Source of the DNA: an uncultured delta proteobacterium | GTDB lineage: Bacteria > Desulfobacterota > RBG-13-43-22 | DNA: 38,047 nt | Assembly: GCA_963802945.1 (NCBI GenBank) | Contig: CAWDKY010000037.1 | Location: forward strand, 1 to 38,047 | Reading direction: 5' to 3' | In this document: in pieces, positions 1-11,009 of the stretch | Layout of the letters: each line of letters opens with the position of its first letter | Position numbering within the stretch: position 1 is the first letter of the stretch | The notes under the pieces: model-generated | The model's database searches: none | What the model was told of the DNA's origin: nothing | The model's input: the letters and a program-made list of their open reading frames with translations, nothing else | Translations under genes and position numbers: made by a program

Positions 1-2
1 CG

Positions 3-53
3 GCCCTTGTGGTTGCCGTTCTCGTTCTAAATTATGTTGAAATTTCAAAATGA
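3..53 (+). CDS. 3' end of an upstream gene, probably a membrane protein (partial)
   Basis: Open frame ALVVAVLVLNYVEISK* from the window edge; hydrophobic; too short to identify. Confidence 0.3.
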   Translation, partial: ALVVAVLVLNYVEISK

Positions 54-245
54 ATTTAGTATGGTTGCCAATATTAAATAGAATTTAAAATCACATTATT
101 GAGAAGTGACCCTTTTCACCAACATAACACTTTTCCCCTTTAGGACAATTTCCCCTTCTCATCCTCGGAGGGGTAGGCCAACCTTTCCCGGAGATGCCAC
201 CCTTATTTTATAGACATTATAATCCCAAAACAAATAAGGCAAATC

Positions 246-2772
246 ATGAATAAAACCTCCTCCGCTTTTTGGAGTATACCTCCTGAACAAATCCTTCAGG
301 AAATGGAGACTTCCCCCCAGGGATTAACCGGGATCGAGGCGCAGAAGCGGCTTAAGCAGTATGGGCTTAATCTTCTCAAGCCGCCCTAAAAAATCGGATG
401 CCTTGACCCTACTGCTCGGTCAATTCAAAAGTCCTATTATCCTCATCCTGATCTTTGCCGCCGGTTTATCTCTATTTCTTCAGGATCCGGTCGATGCCCT
501 GATCATCCTGACCATTGTCCTGGTCAGCGGTCTTTTGGGATATTGGCAGGAACGGGGGGCGGCCGGTGCGGTTAAAAAATTATTGGAAATAGTACAGATC
601 AAGTCGACGGTGTTGCGGGATGGGACACCCAAGGAAATCCCGGTCGAAGAGATCGTTCCCGGAGATATCATCCAACTGAATGCCGGAGATGTCATCCCCG
701 GAGATGGGCTGATTCTGAATTCCAAAGATCTCTTTGTGGATGAGGCCTCTTTGACCGGGGAAACCTATCCGGTTGAAAAGATGGCCGCTGTGCTGGCCGC
801 GGAAACCCCCTTGGCCCGCCGGACCAACACCCTTTTCATGGGAACCCATGTAGTCAGCGGCACCGCCCAGGCCCTGGTGGTCCAAACCGGAATCGAAACC
901 GAATTCGGCCGGGTTTCCGAACGGCTGAAACTCAGACCCCCGGAAACCGAGTTTGAACATGGGGTCCGGCGGTTCGGCTATCTTCTGATGGAGGTCACCT
1001 TAATCCTGGTCATCGCCATCTTTGCCATCAATGTCTATCTGGTCCGGCCGGTTCTGGAGTCCTTCCTCTTTTCCCTGGCCCTGGCCGTGGGCTTAACCCC
1101 CCAGCTTTTACCGGCCATTATCAGCATCAACCTGGCCCATGGGGCCAAAAAAATGGCCCGGGAAAAGGTGATTGTCAAACGTTTAACCTCCATTGAAAAC
1201 TTCGGCAGCATGAATGTCCTGTGTTCCGATAAGACCGGCACCTTGACCGAGGGTTTGGTCAAAGTCCACTCGGCCCTGGATTGGGAAGGCCGGGAAAACG
1301 AAAAGGTTTTGCTCTATGCCTATCTGAATGCCTATTACGAGACCGGCTTTACCAACCCCATCGACCAGGCCATCCGCACCTTTCACCCCTTTGATCTTTC
1401 CGGCTTTCAGAAACTCGACGAAGTGCCTTATGATTTTATCCGCAAACGATTGAGCATCCTGGTCTCCCAAGGGGACAAGCATCTGTTGGTCACCAAAGGG
1501 GCCTTATCCAATGTCCTGGCGGTCTGTTCCCGGGCTGAAAAGGCCGATGGAACCCAAATGGACCTGAGCCAGGCCCAGGAGCAGATCCAGACCCATTTCC
1601 AGGAATTCAGCGCCCAAGGTTTTCGCGTGCTCGGGGTGGCTTACCGGGAAATGGAACCCAAGGTCGTTCTGACCAAAGACCTTGAAAAGGATTTGATCTT
1701 TTTAGGCTTCCTGGTCCTCTTTGACCCGCCCAAGGAAGGGATTGTGGAGACGATTAATCAACTCAAGGGTATGGGGGTGTCCCTGAAGATCATCACCGGA
1801 GATAACCATTTGGTGGCGGCTACCATCGGCCGGCAGATGGGTCTTTCCGATCTCAAAATAATCACCGGCCCTGAACTCCAAAAAACCGGCAACCGGGCCT
1901 TGTCTCAATTGGTCATGGAGGCGGATATCTTTGCCGAGGTCGAACCTAATCAGAAAGAGCGTATTATTCTGGCCTTAAGAAAGGCCGGCCATGTCGTCGG
2001 TTATATGGGAGACGGCATTAATGATGTCTCGGCCCTCCATGCCGCCGACGTGGCCATTTCGGTGGATCAGGCCGTGGATGTGGCCAAAGAGGCGGCCGAT
2101 ATCGTTCTTGTTGGAAAAGGATTTAAAGGTCCTGGCCCAAGGCATCAGCTGAAGGCCGGACCACCTTTGCCAATACCCTGAAGTATGTCTTTATGGCCAC
2201 CAGCGCCAATTTCGGCAACATGTTCAGCATGGCCGGGGCCTCCCTCTTTCTGTCCTTTCTGCCCCTGCTGCCCAAACAGATCCTGTTGACCAATCTGCTG
2301 ACCGATTTCCCGGAGCTGACCATTGCCGCCGATCGGGTGGATCAGGAACTGGTGGAAAAACCAAGGCGCTGGGACATCCGTTTTATTCGAAATTTTATGA
2401 TTACCTTCGGTCTGATCAGTTCCATCTTCGATTACCTGACCTTCGGCATCCTTCTTGTTTCTCCTCAAGGCCCAACCGGCGCAATTCCGAACCGGCTGGT
2501 TTATCGAGTCGGTCATTTCAGCGGCCTTGATCGTGCTGGTCATCCGCACCCGCCGGCCTTTTTTCCAGAGCAAACCCGGCCGGGCTTTAACCCTGGCCAC
2601 CGTCTTGGTGACCGGCGTAACCCTGCTTTTTCCCTATACCCCTTTGGGAGCCATGTTTGGGTTCCAGGCCTTGCCCTTTTATTTTTTCCCTTTACTGGCC
2701 GTCATCGTGGGGATGTATATTTTTACCGCCGAAGCGGCTAAAAAGATTTTTTATCGGAGGATTACTTTTTGA
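246..2772 (+). pseudogene. mgtA: Magnesium-translocating P-type ATPase (MgtA-like), split by about 4 frameshifts (real pseudogene or sequencing errors)
   Basis: ATG at 246 gives MNKTSSAFWS...GLTGIEAQKRLKQYGLN; later frames carry TGET, CSDKTGTLT, DPPK, ITGDN, GDGINDVSAL and ATSANFGNMFS, plus C-terminal GWFIES; frame breaks near 385, 2110, 2148 and 2455. Confidence 0.88.
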
Positions 2773-2906
2773 AATTTACTGCAAACCTATTTCCTGTTTC
2801 GCAAAGGGCCAGGGAATAATCTTGCATTTCCAGAAAGAACTATTCATACTTGTTCTGACATTACAAATGTCTCCACGGAGAAACCTAATACAAAGGAGGG
2901 TTAACA

Positions 2907-3110
2907 ATGCCCGAAGGAAAAGTTAAATGGTTTAATGATTCAAAGGGATATGGTTTTATCGAGCAGGACGATGGTGGCAAGGACCTATTCGTACATCATT
3001 CCGCGATACAGGGAGAAGGTTTTAAATCGCTGGCCGAGGGTGATCGTGTCAGTTTCGATGTTGTCCAAGGTGCTAAGGGTCCTGCTGCTGAGAATGTTCG
3101 TAAGCTGTAA
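2907..3110 (+). CDS. cspA: Cold-shock protein (CSD)
   Basis: [15 protein letters not shown] and DLFVHHS RNP motifs; RBS AAGGAGG upstream. Confidence 0.95.
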   Translation: MPEGKVKWFNDSKGYGFIEQDDGGKDLFVHHSAIQGEGFKSLAEGDRVSFDVVQGAKGPAAENVRKL

Positions 3111-3174
3111 AACGGATTATAGGGGCTTTAATATTTTAGGCACCGCATTTGACATCAGTGGTGATCATCATTTG

Positions 3175-3333
3175 TTAGTTCTCATCCGGAAATCTAAAAT
3201 TTCCGGATTAAGCTTTTAGCAGTCAGCGATCAGGGTTTAGCTCAATCATTGATGGAAAAGGTTTTTGCTGAAAGCTAAAAACTGATGGCTGACCGTTCCA
3301 TCTGGAAAGTAACAGTTTCCGGATGGACACTAA
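3175..3333. mobile_element. MITE-like element with 18-bp imperfect terminal inverted repeats
   Basis: TTAGTTCTCATCCGGAAA (3175-3192) matches the reverse complement of TTTCCGGATGGACACTAA (3316-3333) at 15/18; internal inverted GCTGA-type short repeats; no convincing gene. Confidence 0.6.
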
Positions 3334-3854
3334 TTATAATCGTCGAGAACCTGCGACGCACGGGGTCTATTCTGCTGGACGTTAATGTAGAAAGAAAACA
3401 CAAGGTCTTCCTGCTGATCGTCACTCTTAATAGGCCAACTGTTCAATGAAGGACTCCAGTTAAAAGACCAGACGGCGTGGGCGGATCTCGTCTTTTTATT
3501 TTTTGTGAAAATGGCAAAATTTAGGTACGGTTCGTAGGGGAGCGTTGTGCCGTATAACTTCCTGAAATGTTGTTTTTGAATTTTGTTTCTTGATACTACA
3601 TTACAAACGTAATCAATTTGTAAAGGACAATCCTGCCTAGTCCCATTTTCTTCAGAGGACCTCTTTTGCCTCCGTATCTTCCGCCCAGTTTTTTCCTTGA
3701 CCGTTCCTTTTTCTCATTTTATACTTTTTAAAAAAAAGCAATTTTTATCAATAAAAGTCAGTATAAGAACTGGGATACCTAACAAACAATTATAACGGTG
3801 TCTAAAACCAGCATATAAAATAAGATATTCTTAACCCTTTTGGGGGAGGTTATC

Positions 3855-4337
3855 ATGATTGAAACGATCGATTTAAAGATCAATCATAAACCAGTCCGAC
3901 TGAAGGTAGACGGCAATCGAATCCTCCTCTGGGTCCTCCGAACGGATCTGGGCCTCACAGGCACCAAGTACGGCTGCGGCGAAAGCTACTGTGGAGCTTG
4001 TACAGTGCTCATCAACGATAAGGCCGTCCGATCATGCCAGACCTTCATCAAAGATGTGAAAGGTAAAGCAGTAGTCACCATCGAGGGCCTGACCGTAAAC
4101 GGGGTGCTCCACCCCCTTCAAAAAGCCTTTGTGGAGCACGACGCTCTTCAATGCGGCTTCTGCACGCCGGGAATGATCCTCACTGCTTACTCCTTCCTGA
4201 AAGAGCACCCCAGGCCAAGCGAGGCCGACATCATAGCAGGCATGAATGACAACCTCTGTCGGTGTTCATCCTATGTCCGCATCGTCAAGGCTGTTCAGAG
4301 TGCAGCCCGGGTCATGGCGACAGGGAGGGCAAAATGA
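3855..4337 (+). CDS. (2Fe-2S)-binding small subunit of a xanthine dehydrogenase-family oxidoreductase (IorA/CoxS-like)
   Basis: GTKYGCGESYCGACTV, QCGFCTPG and NLCRC motifs; GGAGG RBS before ATG 3855. Confidence 0.93.
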   Translation: MIETIDLKINHKPVRLKVDGNRILLWVLRTDLGLTGTKYGCGESYCGACTVLINDKAVRSCQTFIKDVKGKAVVTIEGLTVNGVLHPLQKAFVEHDALQCGFCTPGMILTAYSFLKEHPRPSEADIIAGMNDNLCRCSSYVRIVKAVQSAARVMATGRAK

Positions 4338-6538
4338 AAATGAATAGGCATTCCCCAACGGTGGTCGACGATCAAGCACAGGGTTTTTCCATCAACCGTC
4401 GCGATTTTCTCAAGGTCGTGGGTGGCGGCATCATGATCTTCTTCTCGGCGGATGTGCTTCTCGCGCAGGTGGGAAGCCAACGTTTTCCCGGCATGCAGTC
4501 CTTGCCTACCGACTTTAACGCCTTTTTGAGGATCGGTGCGAATGGCCGCGTATCCTGTTTCACCGGTAAGATCGAAATGGGCCAGGGTATTGTAACATCC
4601 CTCGCCCAGATGCTGGCCGATGAGTTGGACGTACCCGTCAAGCACATAGACATGGTCATGGGCGACACGGATCAATGCCCTTGGGATATGGGCACCTGGG
4701 GATCTCTCAGCACCCGCGTTTTCGGCCCAGCTCTCCGTCAGGCCGGAGCTGAGGCGCGATCCGTTCTGCTGGCCCTGGCCTCCGAGCACCTCAAGGTACC
4801 GGTGGACCGGTTAATCGTAAAGGACGGTATGGTCACAGTCCGGCAGGATAAGACAAAACAGGTTACCTATGCCAAACTCTGTGAGGGTAAGGTTATCCAG
4901 AAGCACCTTCAGACTAAGGCGCAACGGAAGCAACCAACGGAATTCAAGCTCATGGGCACCTCCCTCACTCGCTTAGATAGCCTCAAGAAGGTGACCGGGG
5001 AAGCCCTATTCACGGGGGACATCCGGGTACCCGGTATGCTATATGCGAAGATCCTCCGGCCACCAGCTCACGGTGCCGCCTTGAAACAGGTCGATATTTC
5101 CGCCCTCAAGGGAAATAAGGAAATCATCGTGGTTCAGGATCAGGACCTGGTGGCGGTCCTCCATCCCCTGCCGGACGTGGCTGAAAATGCCCTCTCTCTC
5201 ATTAAGGCAGAGTTCGAGGTGCCTCCTAACACGATCGACAACAACACTATCTTCCCTCATCTCCTCAAAACGGCGCCCCAAGAAGGTCAGGTCTTCGGAG
5301 GGGAGGGCAGTCTGAAGGAAGGCGAGGCCCTGGCAGCCACAACCTTTGAACATACCTACTATGATCACTACGTGGCCCATTCGGCCATGGAAACCCATAC
5401 CGCCCTGGCAAAGATTGAAGGCGACCAGCTCACCCTGTGGGCCTCCACGCAGAACCCCTTTGGGCTCAAGGAAGAGATGGCGCGGACCCTCGACATGCCT
5501 CCTCAAAAGGTACGCGTCATTACGCCCTTTGTGGGCGGTGGGTTCGGTGGTAAGGCCTTCAATCAGCAAGCCGTCGAGGCCGGTCGTCTCGCCAAGCTAA
5601 CCGGAAAACCTGTCCAAGTCATGTGGAGCAGAAAGGAAGAGTTCTTTAATGATACCTTCCGTCCCGCGGCCATCATCAAGATAAGGTCAGGATTGACGGA
5701 TGCGGGCAGGATCTCCTTTTGGAAGTACGATACGTACTATGCGGGAACGCGGGGTGCAGAGCAACTATTATATGCCGTGGCCCATCATAAGGAAACGGCC
5801 TATGGCGGCTGGATGACCCCCAATGCGGGAGGCCAACTATTCAGGACCGGAGCCTGGCGTGCACCAGGGAACAGCACAAACACCTTTGCCAGAGAATCAC
5901 AGATCGATATCATGGCAGCAAAAATCGGCGCGGATCCACTCGAATTTCGCCTGAAGAACCTCACCAATCAACGAATGCTGGCCACTCTCGGGGCTGCGGC
6001 AGACCTCTTCGGGTGGAAGAAGGGCGCAAGCCCAAGCAGACGGGGTCATGGTCTCGCCTGCGCCCCCGATGCAGGGGCCTATGTGGCGACCATGGCCGCG
6101 GTCGAGGTCGATCGGACAAGCGGAAAGGTGTGGGTCAGGCGGTTGATCTGCGCCCAGGACATGGGTTTTGTGATCAATCCCGAAGGAGCACGCTTACAGA
6201 TGGAAGGTGCCCTTACCATGGGTTTGGGCTATGCCCTCTCCGAGCAGGTAGAATTCAAAGGCAAGCAGGTCCTCACTCAGAATTTTGATACCTATGAGAT
6301 TCCCCGCTTTTCCACGCTGCCGAAGATCGAGACCGTTTTGGTGGAAAACCGTGAACTTCAGCCCCAAGGTGGAGGAGAGCCGGCCATTACCTGCGTGGGA
6401 GCGGCAATTGCAAATGCCATTTTTGATGCTACCGGCGCTCGTCTCTTTACGATGGCCATGACCCCCGAGCGTGTCAAAGAGGCCTTAAAGACGGTAGGTG
6501 AATCATGGGATCGGGCGAGAAACAACATTTCACCCTGA
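4334..6538 (+). CDS. Molybdopterin-binding large subunit (IorB-like) with Tat signal
   Basis: INRRDFLK twin-arginine motif, KIEMGQG, GGGFGGK, AWRAPG, GGGEP; ATGA overlap with the upstream gene. Confidence 0.92.
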   Translation: MKMNRHSPTVVDDQAQGFSINRRDFLKVVGGGIMIFFSADVLLAQVGSQRFPGMQSLPTDFNAFLRIGANGRVSCFTGKIEMGQGIVTSLAQMLADELDVPVKHIDMVMGDTDQCPWDMGTWGSLSTRVFGPALRQAGAEARSVLLALASEHLKVPVDRLIVKDGMVTVRQDKTKQVTYAKLCEGKVIQKHLQTKAQRKQPTEFKLMGTSLTRLDSLKKVTGEALFTGDIRVPGMLYAKILRPPAHGAALKQVDISALKGNKEIIVVQDQDLVAVLHPLPDVAENALSLIKAEFEVPPNTIDNNTIFPHLLKTAPQEGQVFGGEGSLKEGEALAATTFEHTYYDHYVAHSAMETHTALAKIEGDQLTLWASTQNPFGLKEEMARTLDMPPQKVRVITPFVGGGFGGKAFNQQAVEAGRLAKLTGKPVQVMWSRKEEFFNDTFRPAAIIKIRSGLTDAGRISFWKYDTYYAGTRGAEQLLYAVAHHKETAYGGWMTPNAGGQLFRTGAWRAPGNSTNTFARESQIDIMAAKIGADPLEFRLKNLTNQRMLATLGAAADLFGWKKGASPSRRGHGLACAPDAGAYVATMAAVEVDRTSGKVWVRRLICAQDMGFVINPEGARLQMEGALTMGLGYALSEQVEFKGKQVLTQNFDTYEIPRFSTLPKIETVLVENRELQPQGGGEPAITCVGAAIANAIFDATGARLFTMAMTPERVKEALKTVGESWDRARNNISP

Positions 6539-6615
6539 GCTTTTTGGGTCTTCCCTCAAGGCTGCCCGGCGGACGCTCCTCAAGTACAGCGCTTCTTTTA
6601 TCCTCACCTAAGGAT

Positions 6616-6715
6616 CAATGAAACCTCAAGTTTAAAGCCGGGGTAGTCCTGATTTTTCTCCCATATTTCCATCCGTAATCGTTAGTTTTTGGAACGACCT
6701 ATTTAGAATAGTAGG
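6616..6715 (+). repeat. 100-bp direct repeat, copy 1 (copy 2 at 10795-10894)
   Basis: Ungapped alignment 83/100; the last 25 nt (GGAACGACCTATTTAGAATAGTAGG) are identical. Confidence 0.9.
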
Positions 6716-6789
6716 TGTAATCCTCAAATAGGAAAGGGTCTGCCAGTTCTTTTCATGCCTCTTGCAAATAGAACCTATGTAGTAAATTA

Positions 6790-7688
6790 GGGACGCCCTT
6801 TATATATTTATATTTACGAAACGGAATCGTTATGATAAGAAACAATCATGCCGAGGCAAGCCAGAATAGATGCTCCCGATGCCCGGCACCATATTATTGC
6901 CAGGGGAATAGAACGGAGGAAGATATTCCGAGACAATGCAGACCGTGAAGAATTTCTTCGACGACTAGGTCAGGTGGTTAATCAAACTAAAACCAAGTAC
7001 TTTGTCTGGGCCCTGATCCCCAATTACTTCCATTTATTACTGAAAACCGGGACGGTACCGATTGCCACTTTTATGCGAAGGTTATTGACTGGCTATGCCG
7101 CCTGGTATAATCGTCGTCATCATCGAAGCGGCCATGTTTTCCAGAATCGTTATAAATCCGTTTTAGGCCAAGAAGATGTTTATCTGAAAGAATTGGTGCG
7201 ATATATTCATTTGAATTCTTTACGGGCAGGTCTGGTTGAAAATCTCAAGATACCGGATCGATATCCTTATACTGGTCATAGTGTTTTGATGGGGAAGGAG
7301 CAAAAGGATTGGCAATCCACAGAAGCCGTCCTATCATTTTTTTGATGATCAGGTCCATATGGAGAGGGAGAGATATCATACTTATGTCATGGAAGGTATG
7401 AGTCAAGGCCGACAAAAGGATTTAGTGGGAGGTGGATTGATTCGTAGTGGGGGAGGTTGGGCTGCGGTACGGATGCTCTGTAAAGCAGAGAAATTTCATA
7501 AAAGTGATGAACGTATCTTGGGGGATGGTGATTTTGTAGAATTGGGTTTTTCAATGATTGAAATATCGAAACGATTGGAAATATCCTTACCCACCGTGAG
7601 CGTTTCCGTCCAAAAGGTGAGAAGCTTATCCGTGACGAGGGCTGGAGCCTTGAAAAGGTTTTAAATGTAAATATATAAAGGGCGTCCC
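6790..7688 (+). mobile_element. RAYT/Y1-transposase element bounded by 27-bp terminal inverted repeats
   Basis: GGGACGCCCTTTATATATTTATATTTA (6790-6816) matches the reverse complement of 7662-7688 at 26/27. Confidence 0.85.
6848..7678 (+). pseudogene. REP-associated tyrosine transposase (Y1_Tnp/HUH) with C-terminal HTH, degenerate
   Basis: MPRQARIDAP..HHIIARGIERRKIF, GHVFQNRYKS, LVRYIHLN; HUH motif reads NYFHLL (first His lost); frameshift at the T7 run 7337-7343 and another near 7612; apparent internal deletion between ILGDGDFVE and LGFSMIEIS. Confidence 0.88.
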
Positions 7689-7878
7689 CCTTTACCACTG
7701 CTGATTGAAATTAGATAACATGTACCTTTCAATCAGAGATACAACTGATTAGCCTTTTCCGTGTTTATTAATTTGCTGGAAACCATGGAGATAATCAAGA
7801 AATTTCACTAGGCCTCTAAGGTCTTTGACTTTCTGTTCTGTTTCAGGGTGGGTTAGCACATAATTAGGAATTGTTGGG

Positions 7879-9408
7879 GTGAAAGACATGTTGATGCTGG
7901 ATTATAAAACTTATGAAGAAGCAAAAGAAAAATTTACCATTAACCAGATCTGGGAATTGTTCGATGGAACTCCGGAGCATTTCAATCTCGGTCATGAATG
8001 CATAGACCGACACCGGGGAAAAGGAGTAGCCGTCCGGATCCAGTTCGATGACGGACATCGGGAAGAATACTCCTTTGCCGACCTTTCGCGGCTGACATCA
8101 CAATTCGCCTATGCACTGGAATCGTTCGGCGTTGCCAAGGGAGACCGCGTAGCCGTGATGCTCGACCCTTCGCTGGACTTCTACGTCTGCCTTTTCGGTG
8201 TCATCAAGCGGGGGGCTATCTTTGTGCCCTGCTTTACCGCCTTCGGGCCAGAGGCCTTGGACCATCGGATGAAGGATTCCGCAACGAAACTACTCGTCAC
8301 CACACCTAAGCTTGCCGGGACTATCGATCCCAAGGGCACATACCGCATCGTTCCCACAGGCGAGGCCTTTCAACATCTATTGGCGGCTCAGAAAGACACC
8401 TACATTCCGGACACGGCAGCCAGCGATATAGCTGTGCTCCAGTATACCAGCGGTGCGACGCGCAAGTTTCCCCAGGCTATTCCTCATTACCATAGAAGCG
8501 TCCCGCTGTTGATGCCGGCGGCCATCTTTGGTCGGGGATACAGACTAGGAGACCGCTTCTTTTGTCCTTCATCGCCGGCCTGGGGTCACGGCATGTGGCA
8601 CGCAACCATGTCGCCTTTGGCCCTGGGCGTAGCCACAGGTTCGTATTCGGGTAAGTTCGATGTCCGCACCCTCCTCGAAGGTTTGGAGGCCTTCGAGATC
8701 GACAACTTTGGCGCTGCGCCGACGGTATACAGGATGATCAAGAATTCCGGCTTGATTGATCATTACAAACTCAAGATCCGAAAGATGCACTACACTGGAG
8801 AGCCCATGGACACCGACACCTTCGAATTTTTCAAAGCGAGATTCGGGGTGCCTCCCCACAGCGGCTATGGTTCCACGGAGGTGGGCGCTGTGATCTACCA
8901 GTACGCCGGTTTCCCCGACTGGGTAGTGAAGCCGGGGTCCCTCGGGAAGCCCATGCCAGGTCTGGAAGTCAAACTGATCGACGGCGATGGGAACGAAGTA
9001 CCTCAGGGACAGATCGGAGAGATTGCGATCTGGCGAAGGGGGAAATGGCTCCGCGCCCGCGATGCCGCCGTCATCGATGAGGACGGCATCTTCTGGCACA
9101 AAGGCCGCGTGGACGACATCATCATTTCAGCGGGCTGGACCATCAGTCCTACCGAGATCGAAGACGTCCTGAAGAAGCATCCGGCGGTCCAGGAGGCAGC
9201 GGTGATCGGAGCGCCGGACGCCGAGCGGGGACAGATCATCAAGGCCTTCATTGTGGCTAACCGACCGACCACGCCGGAACTTGACCGGGAATTAAAGGAA
9301 TTTATCAGAACCCGCCTCAGCCGGCATGAATATCCACGAGTTATCGAGTTCGTCGATAGCCTTCCCAAAAATGAGGCGGGAAAGGTGATGAAACGGGGAC
9401 TCAAATAA
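7879..9408 (+). CDS. Acyl-CoA synthetase / AMP-binding protein
   Basis: YTSGATRKFP, GYGSTE, GRVDDII and LPKNEAGKV adenylate-forming motifs. Confidence 0.92.
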   Translation: MKDMLMLDYKTYEEAKEKFTINQIWELFDGTPEHFNLGHECIDRHRGKGVAVRIQFDDGHREEYSFADLSRLTSQFAYALESFGVAKGDRVAVMLDPSLDFYVCLFGVIKRGAIFVPCFTAFGPEALDHRMKDSATKLLVTTPKLAGTIDPKGTYRIVPTGEAFQHLLAAQKDTYIPDTAASDIAVLQYTSGATRKFPQAIPHYHRSVPLLMPAAIFGRGYRLGDRFFCPSSPAWGHGMWHATMSPLALGVATGSYSGKFDVRTLLEGLEAFEIDNFGAAPTVYRMIKNSGLIDHYKLKIRKMHYTGEPMDTDTFEFFKARFGVPPHSGYGSTEVGAVIYQYAGFPDWVVKPGSLGKPMPGLEVKLIDGDGNEVPQGQIGEIAIWRRGKWLRARDAAVIDEDGIFWHKGRVDDIIISAGWTISPTEIEDVLKKHPAVQEAAVIGAPDAERGQIIKAFIVANRPTTPELDRELKEFIRTRLSRHEYPRVIEFVDSLPKNEAGKVMKRGLK

Positions 9409-9454
9409 AAAAAACCAAATAGCCGCTCAAGGCGAAACAGGAGGAGTATAAAGC

Positions 9455-10627
9455 ATGGCAACGCAACAGAAGGATGAGAAGAAAGTTCAGTTGAGTGAAG
9501 GAAAAATTACTGAGGAGGCTCTGGCGGAGTTAAGCCGCCGTGTCGGCGCCAAGTTCCGGATAGATCCTTTCCATACGCAGGTTTGCAGCGATACCATCCG
9601 GCATTTCGTCGATGGAGTTGGAGACGTCAATCCGCTGTACAGGGACCCGCAATATGCCTCAAAGACGCGCTATGGAAAATTGGTGGCTCCGCCTTCCTGG
9701 CTCTACAGCGTTTTCCCAACCTGGCTTCCCCAGGGATTGCAAGGTGTACATGCCTTCCACGCTGGCAACGACTGGACATTTTACAAACCGTTGTTCGATG
9801 GCGACGTAATCACGCCGGAGCTCATTTTCACCCATTTCGACGATAAGAAGAGCCAATTCGCCGGCAGGAGCATCATTGTGCATTATGATGATAACTTCTA
9901 TAATCAGCGCGGTGAACTCGTCGCCAAAGCCAAAGCCTGGAGCGTCCGCGCAGAACGCGCTGCTGCCCAGGAGAAATCAAAATACGGCGGCATCGAACTC
10001 CCGCATCCCTGGACGGAAAAAGAGATTAAAGAGATCGAGGAGCAGGTCCTGGCGGCGGAAATCCGGGGATCTAAAGTTCGTTATTGGGAGAGTGTTAGCG
10101 AAGGAGAAGAATTGAAACCCCTAGTCATCGGGCCTATCGGCCTCACCGATATCATCGCCTGGTGCATTGGTAGTGCCCCGGTCAAGCTGAAGGCTCTGGG
10201 CGCAGCCCTGCGCGACTACCGGCGGCATCCGGCCTGGGCGTTCCGCGACCCCGCTACGAGTGCGCTGGAACCGACCTATGCAGTCCATTACAACATTGAT
10301 GCCGCCAAACAGGCCGGAGTTCCTTATCCTTATGACGTTGGTGCCCAGCGCAATCAATGGGTTATCCAGCATATGACCAACTGGATAGGTGATGAGGGGT
10401 GGCTCAAGACTTGTTACGCCAAGTATACGAAATTCGTCTATCTGTCCGATGTCCTTTGGCTTCGCGGAAAGGTGACGAAAAAATATGTCGACGAGACGGG
10501 TGAACACTGCCTGGATATCGAAACCACCACGACTAATCAGCGCGACGAGGAGGTCATGCCCGGCCATTCGACGGTGATACTGCCGAGCCGGGAGAAAAAT
10601 ATTTGGCCCGTGGCCTTGCGCCTGTAG
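9455..10627 (+). CDS. Double hot-dog MaoC/FAS1-like dehydratase domain protein
   Basis: IRHFVDGVGDVNPLYRDPQYA..LVAPP and a second domain VHYNIDAAKQAGVPYPYDVGAQR; AGGAG RBS. Confidence 0.85.
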   Translation: MATQQKDEKKVQLSEGKITEEALAELSRRVGAKFRIDPFHTQVCSDTIRHFVDGVGDVNPLYRDPQYASKTRYGKLVAPPSWLYSVFPTWLPQGLQGVHAFHAGNDWTFYKPLFDGDVITPELIFTHFDDKKSQFAGRSIIVHYDDNFYNQRGELVAKAKAWSVRAERAAAQEKSKYGGIELPHPWTEKEIKEIEEQVLAAEIRGSKVRYWESVSEGEELKPLVIGPIGLTDIIAWCIGSAPVKLKALGAALRDYRRHPAWAFRDPATSALEPTYAVHYNIDAAKQAGVPYPYDVGAQRNQWVIQHMTNWIGDEGWLKTCYAKYTKFVYLSDVLWLRGKVTKKYVDETGEHCLDIETTTTNQRDEEVMPGHSTVILPSREKNIWPVALRL

Positions 10628-10794
10628 GAAGCTGCCAATACATCCCGTCGACCTCTCGACGGCTTGATGGTTTCAAAATCGTAGCTATTTCGATTTTGGC
10701 GATGGAGTAGGATGAGGTGGTCCCCCAAAATTAGACAATGTGAATAAGCTCAGAGTTAGCCCAAAGGAAGAAAGTGGCTATGGCCAAAAATGAG

Positions 10795-10894
10795 CAATGA
10801 CACCTCAAGTTAAAGGACTGGTCAGTCCAACCATTTCTTCCATATTTCAATTCGTAATCGTTAATTTTCGGAACGACCTATTTAGAATAGTAGG
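10795..10894 (+). repeat. 100-bp direct repeat, copy 2
   Basis: 83/100 identical to 6616-6715. Confidence 0.9.
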
Positions 10895-11009
10895 GGAAGC
10901 CACCAAGCAAGTGGGGCCAGATCTATGAAAAAGTTCTTATCGAACAATTATTGGCTTTAAGCAAGTTGAGGGGGATAATAACACGTAAGTTTTAAATCCG
11001 GAGGTTAAG

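Noticed and set aside
54-245. Mg2+-sensing riboswitch or leader upstream of mgtA
   Set aside because: Some hairpin potential but no recognisable M-box consensus; would need an Rfam search
3533-3546. GTAGGGGAGCGTT resembling a 23S rRNA segment
   Set aside because: Only about 13 nt with no flanking rRNA similarity; probably chance
7343-7348. TGA-TGA in the transposase as recoding or selenocysteine
   Set aside because: Explained by a one-base slip in the T7 run; the downstream part is in another frame and the HUH motif is also mutated
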